Below are positions 32,161 to 44,472 of a stretch of 64,000 nucleotides of DNA, piece after piece. A program made the translations under genes and the position numbers. The stretch spans positions 30,692,001-30,756,000 of the forward strand of contig OZ076409.1 of NCBI GenBank assembly GCA_964187785.1, read 5' to 3'. The notes below the pieces were generated by a model. That model saw only the letters and a list, made by a program, of their open reading frames with translations, ran no database searches and was not told the origin of the DNA. The DNA comes from Amphiscolops sp. MND2022 (taxonomy: Eukaryota). Each line of letters starts with the position of its first letter. Positions within the stretch are counted from its first letter, which is position 1.

Positions 32161-35100
32161 ACTTTGAAATCGTGAACGAAATTCTGTAACATTGACTGGC
32201 TGACGTTGCATTCTCCCGGGGCCTCGGTTTGTCGTAATTGACAAACGAGAGTGGACGTTCACGTCTTGGTTGCGATCATCCATTGATGCTGTTTCATCAA
32301 TATAGCACTTCAGGGATCTAAATAGAAATATTGCCCAAAAAGATGAGTTTTTGCCAGTCCAGCAGGATTCCTTAAAATACACATCAACAATAGGTTGTAG
32401 CACCGGAATAGCATTAGCAACTATAGACACCTAACATCATTTTCAAAACGTTTCCAAACATTTAATTTCCCACCAAATGTTCAATCTTTTTTCGTTACGG
32501 CATCTGTTTCAAAACACTCTCCACAACATGCTTGGCACCAACCCGGAGCCCACTTGATACGTCAAGTTTAACAAAATGCATGACAGCACTTGATATGTGT
32601 ATAGTAACAGCTGTAATCTTGTTTAAATGTTATAGTTTATGGCAAACAGAAACTGCACTATGAATAGCACCAATGGGGAACCAAGTCTCAAAAAATCAAA
32701 ATTGTCACCAAAAGTGAGGACCCATTCAGTCTATTGTGTTGGCAGTGTAGGGTCAGTGTAAACTATTGCATAGGTAGTGTAAGCACCAGTATAGGTAAGA
32801 TAGGGTAATGAACAGCATCTCCAGAGAAAGCTTAAGTCAATGAAGATGACAGACTAAAACCAACAGAATTTAAACATCAGGCATTGTACTAGATCATAGA
32901 AGCATTATCTATCATTTGAAATTAGTTCCAGAGCAATCACTTGAATTGCGAAAGCACGGCCGTTGACCAAGCAGTTTTCGGAGCTTCAAAGCTCCGGGTG
33001 TTCTATCATGCTCTCTATTGATTTCTCCAGGAAGGGTACAGGTACTCCCCGGGCCAATCTATTGTCCCGTGTTTTCACAACAACATGGTCCACTCAATTG
33101 TGATGAAGTGAACTATAGGTAGACATTAGGCATGAATCGAGTGTCGGACACTGATTTTTTAAAAACCTGATTGACTACGGACGTTAGATCGTCTGAAAAG
33201 TCTTTTTGGCACTCGTGCTGCCCTGTTTCTGGAGAGCACAATAAAAACGTAAATGTGATCAGGGACTGGGGGTAGACCTTGGGGGTGAGTAGGAAAAAGG
33301 ACACTGAGGCTGGAGTGATTTTTCGACTTACGATTGTAGTTCGATCAGAAAAACTTTTTTTTCAACATTGTAGTCACTGGTGTGCTTGTTGTTCTGTTTT
33401 CAGACTCACTGCGTTCGAAGTCCTAACCTAACAAAGCGCCTATAAACATACTCCAGCACCCACAAAGCAGGTAGGGCACGAAATATGCACAATTTCAAGT
33501 AATAGTCTGCACTCAGGTGACTTTAGTAGCGGTTAAAAGGAAAAATGCGATTTTTGGGTTTTTCACTAATACGTCTTGTAGACAGTTTTTCGGCACACCA
33601 AGAATGCTAAAATGGTCCAAACACTGCGCAAAATGCTTCAGAGAAACATTCCAAATGTGTCCAGTTTCAAAATGAGGTCGTTGCGGTTGTTTGTTGGTTT
33701 CAGCCGGTGTCTATCGTGCATTTTTTTGCAAATTTGACCACAATCAACTATTTTTTCGTCAAAACGCACCTCAGAGGAAGGTGAAAATAACTTCTAGTGA
33801 TGTTAGCGACCAAAAAATTTTCAACGTTTACTATTTTAGCTGAATCGTGGGGAATCAACTGCCGGTTGCGCTAAAATTATCTCTGAGTGACTTGAGGTGG
33901 CTCAACAATGTTTTTGAGAAATCGAATATGGCGTGAAATTCACACTTTTCTATCAAACTCTCCTGCTAGGCGTTGTATTTATCTGACATTTTGTATGCGA
34001 GCGTAAAAAAAGCCATCCGAACAGAAAAACAAAATAGCGGGGTGCCCGGGACGGTATTCAGTGACCCGAAGTGACAAAACTATGATCTACACTTGATGTC
34101 ATTTTTTCTGGACTAAATTCCCAAAAAAAGTCAATTTCATCAAATTGGATGGTAGCAGTTTGTTCAAAATGAACAAATCGTCAGGATTCGGTGACTTGCG
34201 TTTGAAAATGCAAAAGTTTTGATGCTGGGATGTCCCGGGGATATCACACTATGCTCAACGAAAATTCGATTTTTGCGTCATTTTCACTTGAGTTTCAAGC
34301 AAACCTGCAGCTAAGTTTTCTCAATCACTGGTAATGCTAGCGCTACAACAACTACACCACTAACTATGGTGTAATCCGTTTTGAACTGCTCATACTAGGA
34401 GAGATGTCGACCAGTCTCATAAACGCTACTCCAGGGTCTCCAAAATGTTGCAAAAATAGGACGTTTTTCGCTATTTCTCGACAGTCGCTGGTTAAAATCG
34501 TTCGCGGTTTTCCGCCTTTGCAACTTTTGTTTCATACTAGCCGAAAATAGGCAAGCGAAACCTGTTAAGTCCCAAATATGGTCTCTCAAGAAAGTTTCAT
34601 ATTACACCTTTTTACACTCTGGGAACAGTTCCAGAATTACGTACTTTCACTAAAAAATATTCGTTTCTCTATTCTCGGATGTTCTGGTTGTTTCACCAAT
34701 AACGTAGGATGGTGTAATTTTTTTCAGGGTACTGGGGGTTGTTTCAATAATTCGTTTTGATGTTACATCTCTCAGGTGTAAGCGCCCTCTACTCAGGTCT
34801 ATGTATAGCAAAAGAAAGGTACTAATAAAGTTTCAATTTATTTTGGGGAACGCTAGAAAGCGTCTTAGCAGTAGCGGTTTGTACTATCAAGCAAGAGAAA
34901 ATGTTTTTGGACTAATCTAAGAGAACTGGAGAAAATTTCCAGTGCTTCGCCCTCACCAAATTTGATCTCCAATGCCACCTTCAGCGTTTTCTCAAGTAAA
35001 TTGCCTGAAGTTTTTGATGTTTTCACAGTTTAGCTAGGTAAAATGTTCTGTCCCTGACCTGATAGGTCTGAGAAAACGTTTTTAATGTGTTCCCACTGGC

Positions 35101-36158
35101 CGTGTCATCTTCTGAAATTTTTTGGTTTTCGAAAGTAATGAAATCGAAAGTCGAGCTACATATGGTGTTATAGCTAGCTTTCTATAATTTTTCAGCAAAC
35201 GGTCAGAATACTCGCTGGGTACTTTTCTCAGTTGATAATAGTGTTGTGTCACTGAATAAGAAAGGAACAAACTAACCAAGACGTTTTGGGGTCATATGCT
35301 CGTCAACAAGAGGGTCAAAAGGGTTGTTGCCGTGAAAGACATCACCTCCTCGTCACAGCTTGTGGAGGCCTTCATGCCGCGTCCTGGCAGTTCCTATTCA
35401 TTGCCAACAAGCTGAAATGAAGCTGCAAAATCCATAAAAAATCTAGTTAAACCGGATAGCCAATTTCAACAGGTAAGAAAAAAGTCAAAAAGGTACTTTG
35501 CTATAAAACGTCTATCGCTCGTTCCAGACGTTGGAAATACGCGGGAAACGCAAGATTTCTGCTAGAAGGAAGCCTACAAAGCTCAAGAATAACAAGGAAA
35601 ACAATCTAGGACCCTCCCGTAAGTTTTCCCAGTTCTGGACCCACAAGGGCTGGAAAGCAGGAAAAACTTCGGTTTAAAAAATCTTTTGAAAAAAACTCTA
35701 AAATATCCCTCTGTGGTCGCCATGAAAACTATACTAGACGTAACGTCAAGCTATTACCGAACATACTAGAACTGGGACAAAGTCTAGATTGGGTGAGCTG
35801 GAGAGCATTGTCTTACTACAATCCTAGACATCAGTTTTTGGTCCCAAATAGTCTCCTAGGGGACTATTCTAGTGTCGAGGAGGCTCCTGATTTTAGAGCT
35901 CCGAGGCGACGCGCCGGCACCCTCAAAGTCGAGACACGTCGCACAAGCACGTAAAAACGTTTCCTAGGGTTCCTCTGACTTCCTACATACTCCCGTGGTC
36001 CTAAACTCCCGTGGTGTGTTTGGCTAAAGTACATTGTAATATCGGAATAACACCTAAAATAAGTGAAATAGGGATCAAACATCACCAAACACCTGCAAAA
36101 ACCACAAAAACGGTACAACAGACTAAGGAAACACCAGACGTCAGTGTCAGCGGGCCTT

Positions 36159-36410
36159 GAACTTGCGAGGTGGCACATGCAAAATATGCAAATTTCTGAG
36201 TTTCCTCACGGACGTCTGCCGAGTGGGATGACACTACACGTTGACTTTGGAGATATCATTTTGGGTGGTCTCTCTCGGCCTGGGTGGGGTTGTTTTGCAC
36301 TCGTTTTTTTGTTTCTTTTCGTCTGTGTTTTGCACTCGTTTTTTGTTTCTTTTCGTCTGTCAGTATCTACTGAGTCAACTATTTTGATTTTGTACATTTT
36401 TTGATATCGC
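36159..36410 (+). repeat. Dispersed ~250-bp repeat, copy 2 (direct orientation)
   Basis: Same blocks as 31905-32160, with indels. Confidence 0.9.
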
Positions 36411-37019
36411 ATAGAGATAGACGCACCACTGTCATGCACGAAAATGTGTTCTAAGTATGAAGGTTAGGCTTCTCAGGTTCCAAAAATCTTCAGGGGGTTT
36501 GAAAATAGAACATTTATATAATATGTATAATTATATATATATAATATGTATATATATGTATATTATATACATTAACCTAAACCAATCAAATAAACAATTT
36601 GACCGAAGACGCCACTGATTGCTGGCCATGATTTACAAATTGATAATAAAAATATAAAATCGTTAGGATTACAATGTGTAAACATATGTCAAGCTGAGAC
36701 AAGAAAGTTTCTTTCGATTGGAGACCAATTTCCTTCGGGCCTCGAGCACACACCCCAACCCGGTAATGCTCAGTCCGCTCCCTCCACGAATATTGCTGGG
36801 GCCCTCGGTTGAAGAAAGAGAAATTTAATTTTGACTTTTGGTTTCAGAGGCGGACTTGTGAGTTTTCTTTTGATGTTGTTCCTCCCTCTGTGATTCTAGT
36901 AATGTCGTTTCATTGTGATATCCAAATTGAAACCCATGGAGCAAAATTTGCCATCAAAGTTTTCCAACAGTCCAAGGACGATCGCATCTTGCGACGTTTT
37001 GAAAATAGCAAGTCAATAA

Positions 37020-37560
37020 TTACCAGAAGACTGCTCGCAGACAGTGGAACGTTTGATTCACTCTCATCCTACAGTCAAGACTCAATGAAAAAAAATAGTC
37101 TACAGAAGATGAAACAACCGATTGAGGAACTTGAATCTCTCCGACAACTTCGGATTTCAGGCCACGAGAGAAGGGATTCTGCCAAAACATTTGACCAAGG
37201 CACACACAAAAAGGATGGTACAACTCTTAACCCAACACAGTGTTCTCTGCAACTTCCAGTTCCATATTGGACGATGTCTCACTCCGGTCTGCACATGCAT
37301 GTTAGAAGAAGAATCTACAGAGCACTATTTATACAGATGCCCCTTTTACTCAAAATTGCCTAGCTCAGAACCACCCAAGCCTCTGGTTGATCTAATGGAT
37401 AATTGTAGTTGGGAGAATTGGAAAATAATCCTGAATTTTGTTGAATTCTCGCGGAGACTTTAGACGTCTCACGTGGAGTTCCGTAATTGTCGCAAGCTTT
37501 TCTGATGCAAAATTAATATAACGTCACATTGTAGGGGAAATGAACGCCAGGCAATTCGTT
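37020..37560 (+). mobile_element. 3' fragment of a non-LTR retrotransposon (C-terminal CCHC knuckle)
   Basis: VQLLTQHSVLCNFQFHIG..PVCTCMLEEESTEHYLYRCPFY matches the C-x-C...ET-x-EH-x-L-xx-CP motif of LINE ORF2 C-termini. Confidence 0.75.
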
Positions 37561-37630
37561 TCAGTGCCTTTTGATACTGTCTTTCTGACGAGTGGTGGTT
37601 ATATATATTCAAAATTTAAAACTATTATTG

Positions 37631-38135
37631 GGGCACGGTAATAAGTTCGAACGCATAAGTTCGAATTTTAATTTTGAATGGACTAAGTTCGAATTTTCCA
37701 AAAACCGGAATAAGTTCGAATCACTGTGTTCGAATTTTGAACTAAGTATAAAACGTGCCTCCGATATTTCCCCATTTCATCTAGTGCCCCGCGGCCCCCT
37801 GGGGCCGCTTATGTTCGTTCCGATCTTGCTAAGCGATGTCGAACAGGAGCAAAGACATAGAGGGAACGGACATCGCGAAGCGATCGTAGTGGGAGCTGGT
37901 CTTTGCGACGGTGAGGGCGAGCGTGCATACACCGGATATGCCTCACATTTCAGTTTTTAGATTGCTTCAGATCCTAGGTGGTGGAGCTCTCAGGATCTTG
38001 TGTGAAGGATGTCCAGTTTACACCGGATATGCCCGATATGAAAATTCGAACTTGGTGTCTCGAAACTAATCCATTCGAACTTATTGCACTAGTTTAAATC
38101 CGAACTTAGTAAATCGAACTTTTTGCCTGAAGCCC
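37631..38135. mobile_element. Foldback/MULE-type MITE with AAGTTCGAA sub-repeat TIRs
   Basis: GGG...CCC ends, inverted arrays of AAGTTCGAA/TTCGAACTT, flanks TATTATTG / TATAATTG. Confidence 0.7.
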
Positions 38136-38254
38136 TATAATTGAACTGACGGAAGCTTGAATAATATTTCTCCATTTTAAAAATTCGTTCTATTTTCTAT
38201 CGGCGAACGCAATCATGTCAACGGAAGAATTTTGATAAAGGGGTAATTGACAAC

Positions 38255-39008
38255 GGGAGACAGGAATAAGATCGAAAGAATAAGATCGAATGGAATAAGA
38301 TCGAATGAAATTGACATGCTCAAAATTTTCACTTGAATAAGATCGAATCCTGACTTGAATAAGATCGAATTTTCACTTGAATAAGATCGAATCCTGACTT
38401 GAATAAGATCGAATGTTGGATTGAATAAGATCGAATTTTGACTATTTTTTTTAAGGATATCGATATGAATTTTCAAAAAATTGAAGGTTTGAGAAAGGGC
38501 TCAGTAAATTATGTCTATGAAGGCTATCTCTTTATCAAAAACAAAGCGGATAAAGAAACTACATATCTACGCTGTTATCAAAACAAACGCTTTATCAAAA
38601 CAAACAAAAAGGTAAATTCAATCCATATGGACTTTCTGAAAGCGAAAATATCAATGTGGGGCATATGCGATGTATGCACGCTCGCCCTCACCGTCGCAAA
38701 GACCAGCTCCCACTACGATCGCTTCGCGATCTCCGTTCCCGCTAGGTCTTTGCTCCTGTTCGACCTCGCTTAGCAAGATGGGAACATAAGCGGCCCCAAG
38801 GGGCCGCGGGGCACTAGACGAAATGGGGACATATCCGAGGCACGATATATGTAATATATTTTTTTTCCGTAATTTTTCGATCTTATTCCATTCGATCTTA
38901 TTCCATTCGATCTTAGGCGATTAACGATTTCATTCGATCTTATTCCGTTCGATCTTATTCCATTTTCGTATTTTCGATCTTATTCTTTCGATCTTATTCC
39001 GTTCTCCT
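38255..39008. mobile_element. Mutator (MULE)-derived MITE with AATAAGATCGAA sub-repeat TIRs and a FLYWCH-like remnant
   Basis: Perfect 9-bp TSD ATTGACAAC (38246-38254 / 39009-39017); internal MNFQKIEGLRKGSVNYVYEGYLFIKNKADKETTYLRC resembles the start of a FLYWCH domain. Confidence 0.9.
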
Positions 39009-39240
39009 ATTGACAACCATTTAGAGGAATGCCCAAGCTTAAATGACACAGATTTCTTCAAAAAACTGCGCTATATTTACGCAAGAACATTATCTATATG
39101 ACAGTTTACTTTATTTCTTTTTCAATACTGTACTTTTTCATTATTGCACGTGTTATATTTTAAATACTTTCTCACCACTTGAAGTACCCAACATTTGTAC
39201 ACTTTATCTTTCAGTTGTCTTATGAATAAGACGTGAATTT

Positions 39241-39282
39241 ATCTTATCCTATCCTATCCTATCCTATCCTATCCTATCCTAT
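39241..39282 (+). repeat. (ATCCT)n microsatellite
   Basis: Direct reading of the sequence. Confidence 0.9.
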
Positions 39283-39362
39283 GATAAAAGGGGTAATATT
39301 AGAAATTCAATTATTATTTAGTACGTTAATTCAAATCAATTCTTCTAAAAGGGATAATATTC

Positions 39363-39857
39363 GTGGGCTCAAACTACGATCTAGGGAATAAGATCGAAAC
39401 GCACTTCTGTAACTAAGATTTAAAGAACTAAGATCTAAATGTCATTTTTCGTAACTTAGATCTAGAGAATGCCAGCTCCCGAATCGTAACTAAGTCTAAA
39501 TTTTTGGATGTTATTCCGGTTTTTTAGACGTTATTTCCTGTTTTTGGAAGTTATTCCCAATTTGTAATTGATTTGAAGTATAAAACGTGCCTCGGATATG
39601 TCCCCAACTCCTCTAGCGCTCCGCGGCCCCTTGGGGCCGCTTATGTTCCCATCTTGCTAAGCGAGGTCGAATAGGAGCGTAGTGGAAGCTGGTCTTTGCG
39701 ATGGTTGGGGCGAGCATGCATACACCATTTATAACCCCACATTATTCATTAGATGTTATTCTTGTTCAATTTAGACCTTAGTTACGGTGCATGCTTTTTA
39801 GATCTTAGATACGAAATTTTTTTAGATATTATTCCTTAGACCTTAGTTACGGTCTCC
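39363..39857. mobile_element. MULE-type MITE with TAACTAAGATCTAAA-like sub-repeats
   Basis: 9-bp TSD ATAATATTC (39354-39362 / 39858-39866); inverted sub-repeat arrays. Confidence 0.8.
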
Positions 39858-40036
39858 ATAATATTCATTCTTTGTGAGGATATGAGGATATGAGATTCAT
39901 TTACCTTCATATCCTCACATGCAACACATTTATGTTTGTTGATAACTATATGGAAAAAATTAAATTTGTGTTCTATCAGTGTTAAGTTACATCATGCACC
40001 TATTTCCATTTTAGTCTCATTTCATACGTGTATGGT

Positions 40037-40848
40037 GGGGAAACGGAAATCGGACTAAAGAAATAGAACTAATGGAATTAGGACTAACATGCTCAAAATT
40101 TCTGAAACGTTCATGTGAAATAAGACTAATTTCGTATTTTCTCAAACAGGAATTAGAACTAATTTGTTACGGGAATTGGAACTAAAAACGGGAATTAGAA
40201 CTAATTTGTTACGGTAATTGGAACTAAAAAAGTGGGAATAAATAAGACCTAAAATGCTGAGTGAGACTCAAGGGGAGAACGGAATTCTATCTAAAGGAAT
40301 AATATCTAAAGTTTTTCAAAGTATAAAACGTGCCTCTGATATTTCCCCATTTCCTCTAGTGCCCCGCAGCTCCTTGGGGCCGCTTATGTTCTCATCTTGC
40401 TAAGCGATCGTAGTGGGAGCTGGTCTTTGCGACGGTGAGGGCGAGCGTGCATACACCGAATATGCCCCACATTAGAAGGGGGAAGTTGTGAAAATTTTGT
40501 GAGACATTTACGAAAGGTAAAATTTCATTCTTGAATGAAATGATTTGAGATGACTATTTTATAAAACTAATGGGAGGTAAAAATAATGATTGTATCAATT
40601 TTATGTTGAATAATTGTATTATGTTACTTTTATACTACTTTCATGTTGCACGTTTCCAATTTGCATTTTGTAATATGTTTTTATCAGCTTCAGCGTTTTT
40701 TTTGTTGTGCTACTTTCATGTTCTATGTTTACAATTGAACATGTCGTGATTTTGTCAATTTGATCTAGGTAATTGCAAATTTTGCGTGCCAAAAGTTGTT
40801 TTAGTCCTATTCCAATATATATATATATAGTCCGAATTCCTGTCTCCC
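40037..40848. mobile_element. MULE-type MITE with GAATTAGAACTAA sub-repeats
   Basis: TIR GGGGAAACGGAAATCGGACTA / TAGTCCGAATTCCTGTCTCCC; TSD GTGTATGGT / GTGTATGAT. Confidence 0.8.
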
Positions 40849-40963
40849 GTGTATGATTACTTCATTGTTCATTTATCACTCGTATGATGTTTGATACACT
40901 TATTCTCTTCCTTCAATATTCATTCATTCATTCATTTATTCATTGATAAAAGGGATAAAATTT

Positions 40964-41176
40964 GGAAGGGAGGAATAAGATCTGAAATGATAAGATCTAA
41001 AATTGTGACATGCTCAACTTCGAAAAGGCGAATTTTAGATCTTATTCTCTTCAGATCTTATTCTTTAGAGAAGGGGAATAAGATCTAAATGCATTGATTT
41101 TAGATCTCATTTCCTTTAGATCTTAGTACCTTTTTTGAATTTAGATCATATTCTGTAGATCTTATTCCCCCCTCTA
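40964..41176. mobile_element. Small MULE-type MITE with AATAAGATCT sub-repeats
   Basis: 9-bp TSD ATAAAATTT (40955-40963 / 41177-41185). Confidence 0.75.
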
Positions 41177-41209
41177 ATAAAATTTGTTTCTCTCAAAGGG
41201 TTCGTTTCT

Positions 41210-42107
41210 AGAGGAGGGAATAATATTTAAAGAATATATTTAAAGATTTACTGGAATAAGATCTAAAGATTTACCATGCTCAAAAAACAGCCAGCGCCTA
41301 AGATCTAATTGCCGGATTTCAACCAGCGCCGAAGATCTAAATCCTGAACTTCCAAAAATACATGAAATCTTTTTTACGGATTGCAATGACAAACTTCAGG
41401 ATTATCGGAGGGAAATTTAAAAAAAATAACGAAATATGTGTTCGAATGCCTTGTTTAGAAAAAAAAACAATCAAGATGCTGTCAAGATTAGGCTTCGATG
41501 CCATCGGTCGAGGTACGGGTGTAAGGGTACAGCCCATATAACTGAAGGTTTTCTGACTGTGATGCAAAAATGGGGGACCACAACTAAGGTCTGACGAATA
41601 AGATGAATACTTTTCGTAACTAAGATCTAAAGAACTAAAATCTAAAAATCATGCATCGTAACTAAGGTCTAAAATGAACAGGAATAACGTGGGGTCATAT
41701 ACGGTGTATGCACGCTCGCCGTCATCGTCGCAAAGACCAGCTCCCACTACGATCGCCTCGCGATCTCTATTCTATTCCCGCTAAGTTTTTGGTCCTGTTC
41801 GACATCGCTTTGCAAGATGGGAACATAAGCGGCCCCAAGGGGCCGCGGGGCACTAGAGGAAATGGGGACATATCCGAGGCACGTTTCATGTGTTTAATAC
41901 TGCGTTATTATTGGTCTTATTGTTTTCTTCATGAATTGATGATTTGCTGATTTCTTTTTTAAAAATTCAATATTTTTAATCTTCTTCCGTTAGATCTTAT
42001 TCCATTAGATCTTAGGCGCTACACGAATTTCTTAGATCTTAATTCATTAGATCTTATTCCATTTTGGTACTTTAGATCTTAGGCGTTAGATCTCATTCCG
42101 TCTTCCA
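41210..42107. mobile_element. MULE-type MITE with TAAGATCTAA sub-repeats, containing a nested core copy
   Basis: TSD TTCGTTTCT / TTCTTTTCT (41201-41209 / 42108-42116); inverted TAAGATCT arrays. Confidence 0.7.
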
Positions 42108-44472
42108 TTCTTTTCTCACACCCAAGACCTATAAATTACTGAATTGAACGATAATTTTATTTTTCCCGTTTCTTCGTTATCTATTTCATAAGTTTTAGAT
42201 TGTATCTGTCATAATTTTGACTTCAATCCAATTATTCATTCATAAAAGGGTTCTTTACGAGGAGACGGAAATCAGGGAAACAGAAATCGGACTAAAGAAA
42301 AGAACTAATGGAACTAGGACTAACATGCTCAAAATTTCTGAAACGTTCACGTGAAATAGAACTAAACCTGAAATAATTTGCTGTTAAAGAGAAAGATAGG
42401 TTCTATTAGCGGTTTCCAAATCGTCTGCAGGATTATTATGTCCGCATTTTTTGTATTTGTCGGTTTTGCCATTGCAGGTTGATCGCTCCGTGATGTCTTC
42501 GTTTGATATAGAAGAACCTCATCACGACTGATTTGGCACCATACATCAACCCAGATGAGCAAACAACATGGAAGGCGTTGAGGCAAAAAACTGTAAATTT
42601 CCGATTTGATTGAATGAGCAATTCCCCGGCGTATATGTTAATTAGATAACGGCGATGTGGCTTGAACAGGGAATTTATCAATATAAGATTTGTAAGACTC
42701 GCGCGCATCATTTCGGGAATTTAGACCAGGTCCTTACCCTCTCGATCGCTTGCAGCTGACAACAGACGTCTTGATAAGCGAAGTCGAGCAGGGGAAAAGA
42801 TCTCCAATCGATTGAGGTAGAGATGGTCTGTCTAACGGTGTGGGCGACCGTGCATTCAACAGCTATGCCAAAGCTTTCGCCCATGTGGGCGTTATGTCGA
42901 GCCTCATGCCTTCTGAGTTGTTTTTTGAGAATTTTTTTTTCAAACCTCGGTAGATCTTCGGTGTTAAATGTCAGGCTCTTAGATCGTCATTTTAGATCCT
43001 ACTTTTTAGATCATAGGTTTTAGCTCCTATTTACACTTGCGATAAGCAAGTGGTATGGGAAAGTATATGTGCTTTTTTTCCGCGCGACAAATTTCTCGTT
43101 CGAAGCAGTCTGTATTAGCTGCGGCTTCTGGTGAATGATACAGAATGCGTTTTATGAGAATGTTTTCATTTTAATATGCGGCCTATTTTCTCACTAGTCT
43201 TTTGATCTGAAAAGCAGCTTTGATGATAAGAAGCCATTCTTATTTCGAGATCCAAACTGTGTCGTTTCTGTGTTGTTTTTTTATTCGGCGCGTTTTGCTT
43301 TAAGGAAAAAACCAACTATTACAGTGACTAGTTTTTTTTCGTCAGACAACAGAATATATGCGTAGTGGACACTTTTTGCAGAACTGCTAAACTGGACCGG
43401 CAACCGGAAAAGGTCCCCTCTTTCATTTACTCCATTTTTAACGTAAGATACAAAACCGGACGAGAGTGTAGGGTCCCCCTCTGAATTTTTTTCGGCACTG
43501 TGCGACTTTTTTTGGCTCCCAAAGGTCCTGCCTTCCCCAACACTGTTGAGTTTTTTGAAGTTTTCGGTTTAGAAAAAGCGTTCTACGAGTCTTAAGTGTC
43601 TGTTTTTGAAGTTTTCGGCACTGTGCAACTTTTTTGAAAGAAGACATTTTTTTGAAGTTTTTTTTTCAAAATTTTGGGTTTTTCTGATGTTCCCAGTTCA
43701 GGAAAAAGCTGTTTTCGAGTCTTAAGGGTACCCCTTTGCCGACACTGTATGATAATTAAGAATTCACAATATTTTTTTCTTGAAAATTTCAAAAACTTTG
43801 CATTTTTTGAACTTTGATAGGGGCGCCGACGTGGGTCGTTCCCAGCTTGTTGATCTTATTTCGTTAGGATCTTGTTCGAGTCCCTAATTGTTTTGTCATT
43901 TATATCTTATTCCTTAGCTCTTATTCCGTAAAACAAAACAGCCAAATGCAATTGGGCTATCGGAAATAAAACATAACATAATATTGGATTAACATAATGA
44001 AATTTGGACTACAATGTTCGATTTTTCATGAATTAGAAGTAATTTCAGAGATGGAAATAAGATAAATGGTGATCCTTAAGTGAGGTGGACCCTCTCAAAC
44101 ATGTAACGACACCTCTTTAAACAAAGTGGACCCGACAAAAGCACCTCAATAAGTAATGGGTACTCCTGAAAAAAATGAATAAAAACTATTTGAGCCAAAA
44201 ATGATCTTCTGAAAGCATTTTAAGATTATTTGCGCTTTTTGAGTTTTAATCGGGGTGCCAAGTTGGACGGTTCGCAGCTTGTTTCTAATTCCGAAAGTAC
44301 AAAAATGACATATCCGTTTTTAGTATGTCCGGATACGAAGTTCACTCATTCTCGCCCAGTGGGAATTGTTGTTACAATTCTATTAGTGGACACAATCATA
44401 AAATGTATTTAACCGCTTGTTGAATATGTTTGCATTTTTTCAGTTAATTCAGTGTTAGTCTCCTTGCCAAAT

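Noticed and set aside
42400..43020. Coding-like minus-strand stretch
   Set aside because: Short and interrupted, with no motif I can support.
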